A DNA stretch of 63,288 nt, filler included, from Octopus bimaculoides (Eukaryota): the NCBI RefSeq assembly GCF_001194135.2. It is 8 parts of 7 records of this genome, joined end to end, with 100 filler letters (N's around TTAATTAATTAA, not from the genome) between each part and the next. Parts side by side here need not be neighbours in the genome. Positions count along the whole stretch, not along the records: positions 38,551 to 55,518 come from NC_068983.1; 7 more parts are not named here. One strand, 5' to 3'. Below are positions 38,846-53,646 of this stretch, piece after piece; the first letter of the stretch is position 1; each line of letters starts with the position of its first letter. The translations under genes and the position numbers were made by a program. The notes under the pieces are model-generated. The model was not told the origin of the DNA, did no database searches, and was given only the letters and a program-made list of their open reading frames with translations.

Positions 38846-41749
38846 GTAAATTCCACCTATATATATATATATATCCTGCCACTCTCTCCAGCTAACGTGT
38901 CTCTGTAAGATCTTCCGTTGCATAAAAACGAAAGACAATATCCTAATATTACTCACAGTTTTCATAAGCATTGTTTGCGCAAAACACCTTCATATTTTTT
39001 CTATTTCCCCACGAAAAACATTAAGATCATCGACTGCACAACATTTTACCAGTAGGTAAAGCAGTAGTGTTAGGAAATCTACTCCAGAACTACGTGGTTT
39101 GGAGTTCACTTCCACTCAGCAGTACATTGAGATTTGTTTTGTTTCGTTTTTCTGTCGCCCATCGTCTCTTATTAATCAGAGAGTTCTGGCTTAAAGTTTG
39201 GTAGACGGAGACTGATTGGAAGTTGGTCATGGCAACTGTTCCTGTTCTTCAATAATCTGCCTCTCACACCGACCACAACCCGATTATTCGAGTAAATATT
39301 GTGTCATTGTGTCTCAAGAAAACTTTTCCCTCCTCTACCACTGCATTGACAGAAACCCTGTAAAGGGTGGCCGACCCAACCTCCACTGCTGCCTCAACCA
39401 TATTTAAAACAAGGTAAGTTGATAATAAAAACTGGAACGAGATACAGGATTAGGCTTTTGGGAATTTCGAAATATGACCAAAATCACATTTATATTTTTT
39501 TTATATATAGCTGTGTGTGTTTGTGTGCGTACGTAACATTTCATCTCAAGCTGCCCAGCGATCACTTCGACAACTGACGCGTGGCACACTGTGCCCCTGT
39601 TCTGACAAAGTCGATAGATTTGATGGAAGGAATGAGCTAATGTGTGGCACGAACATTTGATCACTATAATATATACACATATATATATGTACATATATAT
39701 ATATATACATACACACATACGCATACATACATATATACATGAGTAATATATGCATACATGTGTGTGAGTGTGTGTGTGTGTGAGTGTGTGTGTGTGTACA
39801 TACATTCACACACACACTGAGATTTGATGAAATTTACTTGAGAGGAGTGTGTAAGGAGATACCCAGTGATTGAATCAGATAAAACTGATATATTACTAAT
39901 TTTATCACCACTATCACCATTATCATCACCATCATCATCATCATCATCATCATCAGTAGTAGTAGTAGTAGTTTTATTAGTATCATCATTACCATTGTTC
40001 CGAATGAACAATTCCTTGTGGAGACAGTAAAAGTTTAGGAAAACAGTATAACATTGCAGAAAAAAACAGTACATTTTACGAGCGCATATGTTCTTATCTA
40101 CACGCACGCACACATATTATATATGTGTGTGAGCATGCGTGCGTGCATGTGCGTGTGTGTGTGTGTATGTATGTGTGCGTGAATGCACGCACATGTGTAT
40201 ATATCTATATATATTTACAAACGCACAGACGAGCACATATACATATTTCCCTGGATATTTAGAAGATACATATTATGTGTGTATGTTTGTGTGCGTGGGT
40301 GTATGTGTGTGCGTGTGTGTGTGTGTCTATATGTGTGTTTATATACATATGCATACACACACACTACTTTTGGCGAGATCATTAAACAGATATCTGGGTT
40401 GCTTATTTTTTCTTTTTCATTTTTCTTGTTATATTAATGGATGATAAATGATGGTTATTTTTTTTTATATATATATTTTCGCGACTGAAAGCGTAACGAA
40501 ACGGCCATAACAAACCATTCCATAATATTATACACTTCGGAATAACTTTATCGTTAATTTTCACCAGTTCTTATCTCGAAAGATTGTTATAACAATGATC
40601 TTCACAACATCTCATCTAGTTTCGACTGATAAAATTCTATATTCCCTACAAGTGGCAACACCTTTCGTTTTCATTTTGTTTCACAACCCCGGACGAATGC
40701 CAGTGGTATACATGTGTGTGTATGTGTGTGTGTGCGTCTGCATGTATTTGAGTGGTGCCCACAGAAGCGTGCACACGCACATATATATGCATACACCCAT
40801 GGACAAGAATCTATACTTGTACTTGTATCCATATCTACCTCTGTATCCATCAATCTTCAAATAAATTACATGTATATATATATATATNNNNNNNNNNNNN
40901 NNNNNNNNNNNNNNNNNNNNNNNNNNNNNNNNNNNNNNNNNNNNNNNNNNNNNNNNNNNNNNNNNNNNNNNNNNNNNNNNNNNNNNNNNNNNNNNNNNNN
41001 NNNNNNNNNNNNNNNNNNNNNNNNNNNNNNNNNNNNNNNNNNNNNNNNNNNNNNNNNNNNNNNNNNNNNNNNNNNNNNNNNNNNNNNNNNNNNNNNNNNN
41101 NNNNNNNNNNNNNNNNNNNNNNNNNNNNNNNNNNNNNNNNNNNNNNNNNNNNNNNNNNNNNNNNNNNNNNNNNNNNNNNNNNNNNNNNNNNNNNNNNNNN
41201 NNNNNNNNNNNNNNNNNNNNNNNNNNNNNNNNNNNNNNNNNNNNNNNNNNNNNNNNNNNNNNNNNNNNNNNNNNNNNNNNNNNNNNNNNNNNNNNNNNNN
41301 NNNNNNNNNNNNNNNNNNNNNNNNNNNNNNNNNNNNNNNNNNNNNNNNNNNNNNNNNNNNNNNNNNNNNNNNNNNNNNNNNNNNNNNNNNNNNNNNNNNN
41401 NNNNNNNNNNNNNNNNNNNNNNNNNNNNNNNNNNNNNNNNNNNNNNNNNNNNNNNNNNNNNNNNNNNNNNNNNNNNNNNNNNNNNNNNNNNNNNNNNNNN
41501 NNNNNNNATATATATATATATATATATATACATATATATATTCTATTATTCTATTTTTTAATTATTATAAATCTTTCACTGAGGAGGAAGCCGGTTTTCA
41601 ACAAAGATGCAAGGTTCTATCTTTGGGATGTAGTTAACACAAGCAAATTCACATTTGGAACTTTAGAAAAGTCTTGTATATTGTTATTGTTCCACTCATA
41701 GATTGCATTTGTTATGTACGAATTAGCCGGTCGATTTCTCCTTCTGAAA

Positions 41750-42300
41750 ATCCCAGTTTATCCAGATTCTCCTTTAAGCATTTACTAACAAAACCTAGTG
41801 CTCCAATTATTATAGGACTATCAATATGAATTCATAGTCTGAATATAGAAGCTGGAGGTTTCGAAGCAGTTGTACATAGACATCCTCATTTTCTTTGACT
41901 TTCAATGGGATATTTATATCTGCAGGGCACCTGACCTGCATGATTCTACATACGACTGCCTCTCCGTTCCAAACGACAATATTCGGTCTCTTATGTTTAC
42001 TTTTGACAGAAGTTTTAATAGGAATATTCCACCAGTATTCCTTGAGTAGGTGTTTATGAATGTATTCCATAACAGAGGGATTTTCTAAGTTTATTTCAGG
42101 ACAATCTTTCTTGCGGATGACATTGTAAAACGTTTTAACGACAGAATCATGCCGCATAGGGAGGTAGTACCGTGACGACGTTTTAGGACAGTTGCTAATC
42201 ACATGCGTGATGCCTTCCACAGAAACGTGATATAGCCTACACATGCGGTTGCACCTTGGGATAACAAGAGCGCCACTGTCTCTCTTGTTCACCAGGTACT
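41750..42300 (-). mobile_element. RLE-type (R4/Dong-like) non-LTR retrotransposon C-terminal fragment
   Basis: Degenerate CCHC knuckle CRLY..EGITHVISNC, RHD, and RPNIVVW..CPAD nuclease-like motif; PIIIGALG follows after a frameshift. Confidence 0.85.
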
Positions 42301-42660
42301 TTGTGGCAATCTCCTGTTCATGTATGTATGTATGTATGTTTGTATGTATGTATACATATATACATATAATTCGTGATTAGAGTATAAATATTTTGAGTAA
42401 TTTTGTTCAGCAGCATTTAATTCCCGTCATGCTTAGAAGATTTTTTCTGTCCTCTTTCCTTCTTTCGACGACATCGTTATAATGAACACCGATCTAAGTA
42501 ACCTTGGTGGCCGATATAATGAACCAAAGGAGTCTTTCAAGTCGATAACCCTACATGACCAACATTAGTTCTATACTAAAACAGTCTCATGGTTTACTAC
42601 GCTCTAATCAACTCAGCGGAATTACGGCAGTGGCACAAAATTCTACTATTTTCAAATATT

Positions 42661-42691
<31 letters not shown>

Positions 42692-43720
42692 NNNNNNNNN
42701 NNNNNNNNNNNNNNNNNNNNNNNNNNNNNNNNNNNNNNNNNNNNNNNNNNNNNNNNNNNNNNNNNNNNNNNNNNNNNNNNNNNNNNNNNNNNNNNNNNNN
42801 NNNNNNNNNNNNNNNNNNNNNNNNNNNNNNNNNNNNNNNNNNNNNNNNNNNNNNNNNNNNNNNNNNNNNNNNNNNNNNNNNNNNNNNNNNNNNNNNNNNN
42901 NNNNNNNNNNNNNNNNNNNNNNNNNNNNNNNNNNNNNNNNNNNNNNNNNNNNNNNNNNNNNNNNNNNNNNNNNNNNNNNNNNNNNNNNNNNNNNNNNNNN
43001 NNNNNNNNNNNNNNNNNNNNNNNNNNNNNNNNNNNNNNNNNNNNNNNNNNNNNNNNNNNNNNNNNNNNNNNNNNNNNNNNNNNNNNNNNNNNNNNNNNNN
43101 NNNNNNNNNNNNNNNNNNNNNNNNNNNNNNNNNNNNNNNNNNNNNNNNNNNNNNNNNNNNNNNNNNNNNNNNNNNNNNNNNNNNNNNNNNNNNNNNNNNN
43201 NNNNNNNNNNNNNNNNNNNNNNNNNNNNNNNNNNNNNNNNNNNNNNNNNNNNNNNNNNNNNNNNNNNNNNNNNNNNNNNNNNNNNNNNNNNNNNNNNNNN
43301 NNNNNNNNNNNNNNNNNNNNNNNNNNNNNNNNNNNNNNNNNNNNNNNNNNNNNNNNNNNNNNNNNNNNNNNNNNNNNNNNNNNNNNNNNNNNNNNNNNNN
43401 NNNNNNNNNNNNNNNNNNNNNNNNNNNNNNNNNNNNNNNNNNNNNNNNNNNNNNNNNNTATATATATATATATATGTATGTATATATATTACATAGTTTA
43501 TTATTCAAGCTGCCAAAGCACCACAAAAAATAACACCTATTGAGTTTTCCCGTTCGCCGACGATTCAGAATCACAACCGTCCGACAAACGGGAACGTGAA
43601 ACTCTGAGTAGCAACTTTGTGTGATGTTTCTGTAGCTTTAATAATAAAATATATTACTCTACCACCAGTATTCTAGTACTATTTTTTCTCACCTTGTTTC
43701 ACATTTATGTGCTTACTTTG

Positions 43721-43756
<36 letters not shown>

Positions 43757-44431
43757 CATTGAAGCACATAGTCTGTTTATGAATTATACACCTGGGGTCA
43801 AACATATTGTACGACATTGCAAGATTTTCATTTCGGAGAACATTTCTTGATTTTTTCGAATGTATATATTCGATAGATTGTTATCTGTTTGAATTCTATA
43901 AACTTGTACATTCTCATCTACTTTTGACTTTCTTGCATTCACACGTTTATCGTATGCGTACATATATAAAAGTACTTGCGAGTACATTTGCAGGCTAACT
44001 TGCATATATGCGCAAATATACGCCCTTAGACGAAGAAGAATAAACTAAATGCTGTTCAACATGAATTATTGATTTATTAAAATTGACTTCACCTCAGAAT
44101 GAAGTAATCAAATGCCTAACGGCAATATCCACCGATTCCGTATGTGGGGGTGAGAGTCCATTGTGAAAAATAAGCTCTCTATTATAGAAAAGACTTTTTT
44201 TTTCCTGCAGGAAAAAGCACTTCTGTGAGTATGTCATCAGCATACACACACGTATGTATGTATGTATGTATGTATGTATGTACATAAATATACAGACATA
44301 TTTATGTGGGAATACANNNNNNNNNNNNNNNNNNNNNNNNNNNNNNNNNNNNNNNNNNNNNNNNNNNNNNNNNNNNNNNNNNNNNNNNNNNNNNNNNNNN
44401 NNNNNNNNNNNNNNNNNNNNNNNNNNNNNNN

Positions 44432-44463
<32 letters not shown>

Positions 44464-47400
44464 TATGTCTATATATGTATATCGAAACATTTCTTGTAAA
44501 CCTCTGCATTCATGTCTTTCAAATATTTCACACCCTGTAGTAGACTACTAAATCACGAATCGAAACCGCATACGTAACAATAGCCATCTTTCCAATCGAC
44601 CTTGTCCCTGTACCACCAAACTACCATCAATAAATATTGACTATAAATGAAGATTGTGCTTATATACTTCAATAAAACTGCCATCTCCAGAACTTGTGTT
44701 CATTAGTTGAACTAACACCTACACAGCAACAGTTCTGTTAATTTCATTAGACTTGTCACAGTTTGTATTATATTTCCATTAGTAATTATTTCCTGCGTAG
44801 ATTCTACACGTAAAGTGGAGAGTGAGCTAAATGTTAATTGTTGAGACGTTAAGGAAATATGAAACTAGTCGCCATTAGTTCACCATTCCATGCTGGCGAA
44901 GTTGTTGTGGCTTACACAGGAAAACTACGTCTACAACAAGGTTGTAGGTTGAAGGTTTTTCGCACTCACAGGTCTCAGGTTCGACTCCATTGTGTTGTAT
45001 CTTGCCCAGATGTATTTTACTATTGCCTCCACTCAAATAAAGGTTTGTGAGTACAACTGAGTTGACGGAAATTGTCTAGAAACCCATGGAAAGGAATGAA
45101 TCAATTTGGATTGTCTCTTATTGAAAGCTATAGGCTTGGTACACATTGTGTCATATTGGTTCCACTTGAGGACAACGTTAATGGCTCTCATGTCTGTGGA
45201 ATAGTCAGCCACATAGTAACTCAATGAGGAAATAACTCAGTTTATTGAACAGTTGAATCTCGACAACGATCTATCTCTTTTAGACACACACATATATACA
45301 TACATAATACATACATACATACATACATACATACATTTTTGTATAATCACCGCAATCCTGTCCACATGACTGAGCAGTGGCCGGCGGTGACACGATAAAT
45401 ACCTGTTATCAGACAATATTTGCAAATTTACGGACAGAGCCAGTGGAGTGCTCATGTCTGTCGTTGAACAAAACCAGCCACCAGTGACCAATTAATTGTC
45501 TGGTGGTTTGCTGCTCTTCCTTTTAACAATTTAACTGTCCCACAATATTCAACAACCATCCTAGAAGACACATGGGGATTTACAACATACTGTTTCTTAA
45601 AAAGTCATTTCGGTTGTCTCCATTCACTACTCTACTACTACAGGTTTCTATAGTTCGTATAAGCTCTTTGGTCACACTGCTAGCCGAGGCATCGTTCCTG
45701 CTATACATCCACTAACTCTCTTTGGTTTCTATTATAATTAAATTTTGCTATATCAGTTGATATCATTTTAAATAATATCTATAATAAAGTCTGCACCTTA
45801 AACATTTATATGTTGTGGTATCAGTTGTCATTGTGAGAAATTACTCCAGATTGCAGCCTAGACAAAAAAATATTATTCTTCTTGCAATGTCATTTAACGT
45901 GGCTGTGAATAATTACCTTTAAGTAAAGCCTATACGATAAACATTTAATCTTGCTGTACCAGCCGATATCATTTTAAATTTATAGTAATGACAATTCAAT
46001 AAATCTCTTTCTATCCATTGGCATAGATGTAAATATACCCTATAGTGAAGACTGTACAATAAACAATTAATCTAGTTAAATCAGCCACTGTGGCTGTGAA
46101 TAATAATTGCTGTGCAATAAATCATTGTCTACGTTTTGTAGTTTAATATCGAAGCCTTCTAAATAAGTTAAAACACCAACAGAAGACGAGTGGAGTCTGG
46201 AGAGATGGATCATGGATGGAATATAATCTTGTGTGAGAGTGAAATTGGATCAAGGACTCCATGAGGTGCTGCGAGATTCTATGAGATGTCTCCCATCTTG
46301 TCGCAGTGACACCACGGAGATTTGAAAAATACAGAAAAGCTTGAAAAGAAAACAAAGACTTTGAAATGAAAAACAATTTACTTCGTATTTCAGTTTACAT
46401 GGTATTATGGGTGGAATGATCTGGTGGGGAGCAGGAGGAGGAAGAGTAAGAGTAATTGTTTGTTTATTTATTTATTTAGCTGGATTTAGGTCCAGTCAGG
46501 CAGAAGTAGGACCGTCGCACGGTCAAAGAGCAGCAGAATTATGTACCTTGTTTTGAGCGGAATACATAAATGTATAAACGTGATTATAACACCGTGGTTG
46601 ACTTAACATTTGGTGTAGATAAAATAACGTACCTTTCAGGTATCGGGATGGATTTTATCAAACTGTACACCCACCCCACCCCTGCCCTCTCCCTCAAAAT
46701 GGTGTGGCATTGTGTCTGTGTTGGTAATTAATATTGAGCAGCGATACTTCTGACCCGCTTGCCTCTAATTATATTAAAAAAAGAATCCCTACTTGAAGCC
46801 ATCTTGTTTAATTTCCTTCAACCTTCAACACCCTTTAAAAAGACAGTCGTATCACAACTTTACATTTTTTTTCACTATAAAACTAAATTGAGACTATTCG
46901 AATTTTGTTCATTACAGTTAATAATAATTAAACCATCATTGTTATTTTTATTATACTGTTTTTATTTTCATATTCTTCATTTCTTTATTGCAGCCGTTGT
47001 TTACGTGGCTCACACGCTTCAGGTTTCGTTACCAAGACCTCACCATGTCTCTCTCTGTATCCACTTCACTCAAGGAACCATCACATCATTTCTTTCTCTC
47101 ATGAACCGCAGTATCATCATTCTCTTTACGACAGTATTGTTACACGGCATTTATATATCGTCTGTTTACGGCAGTATTTTACTACCTTTTTTGCGACAGT
47201 ATTTATACTACCTTTTTTACGGCAGTATTTATACACAAAATGACTTAAAAAAAACAAAATTAAATAAGTATATAAATAAATAGATCTCAATCTTCTAGCA
47301 ACTTGATATTTCGTAGTTGTTGGCAGTAACTTTATCGCTAAAGAAAAAATAACATTCAGTGAATCTCCAAGTTTTTCGGCTGGTATCTCCGTTTCCATAA

Positions 47401-48104
47401 TAATCATTATTACCACTACTACCATCATCATCATTATCATCACTGTTATCATCACTGTTATCATCATCATCATCATCATCATCCAATGTTTGTTGTTTCA
47501 CTGCTGTCATGGGTCGGACGGATGGCCATACCAGTAAAACACCAGCAACAAAAGAACAATTTTAGAACTAAAAACCTACAACAACAAAAACAGCAAACAC
47601 GACGGTAACAATCACAACAATAAAAGAATAACAGTAATAATATTAATAATAATGATAATAATAAGTAACAACAGCAATAGAAACAACGAAAACACAAAAT
47701 TACAACAATAACGACTTCTTTTTTTTTTTCTTTTTTTCTCGTGATTTCTAATCTTAAAGTTCGCTGATAGTTTTAACACTTTTTTCTCTTTTTCTTTTCA
47801 GAAATTCTTCCCAGAATGCGATGTTGTTATATTTTCATAAAGTCTTCTCCCTAAACTTCTAAAGAAGTGCATTTAGAATTTCTAGAATTATCGACGGAAG
47901 AACTCCTACCACTAAACCCTTTCATTACACCCGGGCAGTTGAATCTTTCTCCAGCATGAAGCAAGTCTTTAAAGCAGAACGTTGCCAAACTCCGCATCTA
48001 ATAAACACAACCTTTTGTATTATGAAATAAAAAAATTCTTGAAGAGCACTGTAAATACTCACTTTCTAGCTTATGATTTAAATGTATAAATCAACAAATT
48101 ATTA

Positions 48105-48107
48105 TTA

Positions 48108-48177
<70 letters not shown>

Positions 48178-48271
48178 CATCATTATTATTATTATTATTA
48201 TTATCATTATCCTCATCATAAGTATTAGTATTAGTATTATTGTTGTTGTTGTTGTTATTATCGTTATTATT

Positions 48272-48306
<35 letters not shown>

Positions 48307-48308
48307 TC
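48105..48308 (+). repeat. Representative microsatellite, (ATT)n. Dozens of (TA)n, (CA)n, (TACA)n, (GA)n, (AAT)n, (CAA)n, (TAC)n and (GAA)n tracts occur across the window, mostly flanking gaps
   Basis: Direct reading, e.g. 3708-3845, 21570-21635, 22255-22312, 38325-38450, 48865-49005, 53385-53490. Confidence 0.99.
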
Positions 48309-48833
48309 CATAATTTTAAAGCGCATTCTCAATGCATCACCGTGGTCAGGTTGGTGTACTTCGGGTATATGCAGCGCTTTGTCTTAGTTTTGCATTATCT
48401 TTTCTATTGAACGTACTCCTCATAATACGAGTACCGATGCCTGGTGGCTTTTTGGAGTTGTAATCCTTTTGGCAAGTGACTGGATCTTAACGAGTTGTAA
48501 ACGAAGCTATCAATTCGTGGACCAGCCATTTTAGCCAATTAAAAATTCACAGAGATTACTGCATTCAACTTCTCATGCTTTACTTCGATTGTCAAATATT
48601 TCGTCACACTTCTGTCTGCACTCACAAGAGAATTCCATAAATTAGTTACTGATATTTTGATAAACATCGGGAGCAGAGGATGCTTATTTTCTTGTGCTTC
48701 CTCAATCTTTCGCCATTCAGGTATAATGCACAAATTTTGCTTGACCGCATACCATAGGACAGCTACAGTGATTTTTAGTTTTACTTATTCAGTATGTAAG
48801 ATGTAAGAGTATATATATATGTATATGTATATG

Positions 48834-48955
<122 letters not shown>

Positions 48956-48974
48956 TGTGTGTGTATGTGTGTGT

Positions 48975-49005
<31 letters not shown>

Positions 49006-49656
49006 CGCGTGAGTGAGTTTCTCTCTGTTTGTATGTCATTTTATTTATTATATCTAATTATTTGCTCCTGTTAATATAAAATGTAGTTAACTACATCAGA
49101 ATGTAATGAATCTAATTTCAATGGACATATTCTCTAGAAAAGAACTCTTAAGTATGCTTTCCATATGTCTAACAGGCTACTTCGCAGACTTTTCAAACCG
49201 AACCACCGCGACAAAAGATGGAAGAAAAAGTGGAATTGCTGTAAAGGAATTTGAAGAAATGAATCGAGTGATTGAGGGTTAACCATGTCAAAAAGTTTAA
49301 CTACAATCAAGCAGAAAGCTTGTATGTTCGAAGTTTAAACAAACGCTACAGAATTGTTTTTTTAAATCAGTTAGACAATAAAACTGACCCAGGATTAATT
49401 TTTAACTGTAGTCATGGAGATTTGACAGTCAGCAGGGTACAGATGTGCGACGAAAATATTGACATTTCAAAGATGTAAACGAAAAGTGACTGTAACGGTT
49501 TTTCTCTATTTTTAATTGTCTACAATGGTTCTTCTATCGAAACGACGGGAATTCCTATTCTAATACTTCCTGTAAGTTTTGTAGTATTTCTATAAATATT
49601 TATTTTCAACGCAACTATTATTGTAGCATTTATTAATGTTTTCTTTCGGCTTATCA

Positions 49657-49730
<74 letters not shown>

Positions 49731-50784
49731 CATTATTAACTTCGAATAAGGTGTTAAAATGGCAAGGCATTAGGTTGTACAGATAAGAGACTAAGCTCGT
49801 TCACAATTAAAAGTTTAGGTGGAATGAAATTTGCATGAATGATGATTTGGTTACATAATTTATTATGATTACGAATAATAATTAACATTATTAGAAGATA
49901 TTGTCACCTACTTAGCAATTTCATTTGATATATGATATATAATATATATATATATATANNNNNNNNNNNNNNNNNNNNNNNNNNNNNNNNNNNNNNNNNN
50001 NNNNNNNNNNNNNNNNNNNNNNNNNNNNNNNNNNNNNNNNNNNNNNNNNNNNNNNNNNNNNNNNNNNNNNNNNNNNNNNNNNNNNNNNNNNNNNNNNNNN
50101 NNNNNNNNNNNNNNNNNNNNNNNNNNNNNNNNNNNNNNNNNNNNNNNNNNNNNNNNNNNNNNNNNNNNNNNNNNNNNNNNNNNNNNNNNNNNNNNNNNNN
50201 NNNNNNNNNNNNNNNNNNNNNNNNNNNNNNNNNNNNNNNNNNNNNNNNNNNNNNNNNNNNNNNNNNNNNNNNNNNNNNNNNNNNNNNNNNNNNNNNNNNN
50301 NNNNNNNNNNNNNNNNNNNNNNNNNNNNNNNNNNNNNNNNNNNNNNNNNNNNNNNNNNNNNNNNNNNNNNNNNNNNNNNNNNNNNNNNNNNNNNNNNNNN
50401 NNNNNNNNNNNNNNNNNNNNNNNNNNNNNNNNNNNNNNNNNNNNNNNNNNNNNNNNNNNNNNNNNNNNNNNNNNNNNNNNNNNNNNNNNNNNNNNNNNNN
50501 NNNNNNNNATATATATATACATACATGTGTATGTATGTATGTATGTATGTATGTATGTATGCATATACATAGGCTTATAAATATCTTTTTGAAAGTGTAT
50601 ATTTTAAGTATGCATATATATAGGGAAATTTTCCGATATTCTGAAAATGTTATCTACTGTGGTTATGAATTTTTCTTAGCATTTCTCTTTGTATGTTTTT
50701 TTTTTTTTAATATTTTTTTGCTTTCTTTTGGTGTTCTCTTTCGAAATTTCCGTGTAGAAACTTCCAAGTTATTTGTAGACCTTT

Positions 50785-51064
50785 TCAAAAAATTGTCACC
50801 GAATTTTCTTTGAATGCTATGTTTTCAAAGATCGAACTCTCTGAACCTCTAAAACTTTCCTTCTTTCTTAACACTGTACTTTCTAGTTTTTCTAATGTGT
50901 TGTCGTTGAGAATATCTGATTTCGTTTCAGAGAAATGATCATCAGAATCCGTCAAGGAATCTGTATGAAGTAACGTAAATGTAGTCCAAGTATTCAAATC
51001 TCGGTCGTAGTTAGCTTTATAGTCTCCAACAGATGTCACCTCTATCTCGTCAACGGCTTCGATA

Positions 51065-51095
<31 letters not shown>

Positions 51096-52062
51096 TTTCG
51101 TGGATTATATCGTTGTGAATGTCTTCGTGGTCGCTACTATCGAAGCTGTCACTTAAATGTTTGGTGCTTTCTAAAGTGGTTTCCATTAGAATTTCGTAAA
51201 CGCTACAATAGCTATCACCGGTATTTTGGCAACACAAGTGGAAAATATCTATGAAAGCCAGCTGTGGACTAAAGATATCATCGCTGAGAACGCTGCTAGG
51301 TGTGGTGGACGACAAGATGGAGTGTTTGCTGCAAGAACTAGGAATGGAGTTGCATCGGCTAACATCTGTACTGGTTAGGCTCATCAAAGAAGCCTCCGAA
51401 AGGTCTTCGCAATCTTCTTGCCCTTCTTCGGTAAAATCAGGCCGGAAGTTGCCGTTATCACTCCACGCAGGAGATCGAATATATTCAAATTGTGGGGATG
51501 TGCAACATAGCAAAGGATTGTTTTGGTATGTCGCCATGGTGATGTAAGTCCAGTCGAAGTCTGGGGAAAACTGCAGACCTTCAAACGAATCAGTATTTTG
51601 TTGTTTGAAGACGGCAGCCATATTGTCAGTGGCGACCAAATCACTGGATCTTGTGTCGTAATTATTATCTTCGTTGCTACTGATGCTGCATCTGTTGCTC
51701 ATGTCGACACTGCTACAACTATTATTGTTGTTATTGTTGTTGTTATGACTATTGCTATTCACATTTTGGTTGTTGCCTTTCTTCCAGTAAACCCCATATT
51801 TTTTATCCAGTTTGTTGCTCACACACTCTATCTGGTTGACTAGCACGCGGATATCACCGACGATTCCTTGTAAATTGCCCAGAACATTCTCTAAATTTCC
51901 GACAACATTGCGAACTGATTGCTTAACTAGTCTCTTCTCATTGGCCGATCCTGTTGCCGGGCTGGGATTACAACAATTACCATTTGAACTAAATTTCACC
52001 AACGAACGACTGAAATTATCATTCAACGGTTCCAAAGTCTTTGGTCTTTCCTTCGACTCCAT
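50785..52062 (-). CDS. Uninterrupted 425-aa ORF; N-terminal coiled coil similar to the INSYN1/PRR16(Largen) family, followed by a Ser/Asp/Asn-rich low-complexity region
   Basis: Only long non-microsatellite ORF in the window: ATG at 52062 with an in-frame TGA about 100 nt upstream, TGA at 50785. Residues 46-85 (VKQSVRNVVGNLENVLGNLQGIVGDIRVLVNQIECVSNKL) align without gaps to the PRR16/INSYN1 N-terminal helix as I recall it. Additional exons cannot be excluded. Coding status is well supported; the family call is less certain. Confidence 0.8.
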
Positions 52063-52519
52063 ATTTACTCTATAATTTTTCTGCTGCTGTACTCGTTGTT
52101 CTCTTTTGTAAATGTGGTGCAGATTCTTTCATTCTAGTCTGTAAAAAGTACTTTTTTTTTCTTTCAAATCTCCCAATAAATAACAGAATAGAGAATCTCG
52201 GATGCTTCCTTTGGGTGGAAATGAAAGCATGAACCGACAAATGTCTTCTATCCTTTTCGTAGTAAAAAAAAAAAAACCAAAGCAGAATATCGAAAAGAAA
52301 GGAGTGTTGAAATGGCGTTCAGGACAGACAGCACCTTATTGATTCTCCAAGCTGGGACGTTGATGGTAATAATAGATGCTGAGGTTCAAATCATCTCTGT
52401 TATTCCTTTCAATGTAAAAACCTCACGACAGACTGAAATGGAATAAGAAAGTGAAATATTAGATTTAATGTAGACTGTGAAGAGATTAATGGTAAAAACA
52501 ACAACAAGAAGAATGATGC

Positions 52520-53100
52520 AGTAACAGGCAGTGGCTCTCATGGCATTTGATCTTAACTGATTTGAAATGTTATCACGTACATTGCTTTGCCTTGGTATAA
52601 AAAGATGGGCTACAGCAAATATTCTGCTCAATACCAAAGATTTTCTTGTCAGTTGATTGACCTTAACCAGTTGAGCACGTCTCTTGGTGGCTGACGATAT
52701 GTGCATCTCTGATCACGAGTAGAAGTAGTGGGGGAGCATCATAGCCATGTGTTGAGAGGAATTCTTTGGGGTTTGAATAATTCACCTTTGGAAATATGGG
52801 TGTTTTGTTCAAAATCCATAAACAACCCTTATTCAAGGACATTTTGAGTGGGATGGGCTACTCCACCTGAAAAAAATTATGACTGGACACCACCTGCAAC
52901 GTCATGCACTGTTTATTTTGATGAGGTCACCATGTCGCGCACATATGGCTGTGAAGCGTGTGCCTGGTGTAACCTTAGCAGACGTGCAGCCAAGATGGGT
53001 GTACAAGGCTTCGTATATTTTACCCCAGTATCACTTTGATGGCATGCACTGCTCTCTCACTCAATAATAATAATGATAATAATAATAATAATAATAATAT
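52520..53100 (+). mobile_element. Probable retroposon 3' region ending in a (TAA)n tail
   Basis: Complex sequence ending in CTCTCTCACTCAATAATAATAATG. Recognised from memory as an octopus repeat; single copy in this window. Confidence 0.4.
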
Positions 53101-53382
53101 ATGGCTGCTCAATGATAAACAAACACTCTCATATACATATAAAGTAGAGAAAAAGAGACTACAGTTATATGTGTGTAATTGTGTTTGTGCGTGTGTACGT
53201 ATGTAAATATATATATATATATATATATATATCCCGTCCCTCTTTTCGGAGTCTATGAAATAACTACTCCCTGGTTATTGAGGTCCATGTAATCGACTGA
53301 CACACAACACCAAAAACCGGTAGTCTTGTGCCAAAATTTGAAACCATTATTATAAATAATTTTACAGCTGCTGAGGCTGCTG

Positions 53383-53422
<40 letters not shown>

Positions 53423-53438
53423 GACGACGACGACGACG

Positions 53439-53493
<55 letters not shown>

Positions 53494-53646
53494 TTTCGCT
53501 ATCTGAGTTTCGTTGAGCAGACATCGCCCATCAGAATCCAATTTACTTTCAATATGTCACATTTCATGTAATCAATAATGCAATATTGCTAAAACCATTT
53601 TAATTATTTATATGTGTCCGCGCGTGCGTGTAGGTGTACCAAAGCA

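Noticed and set aside
41575-41615. CTGAGGA followed by a hairpin
   Set aside because: The GAAA half of the core is missing.
46759-47283. 174-aa hydrophobic ORF
   Set aside because: TTG start, T-rich composition, contains short tandem repeats, and no recognisable domain.
51033-52075. Overlapping ORFs on the opposite strand or in other frames of the 425-aa ORF
   Set aside because: Shadow ORFs of the real CDS.
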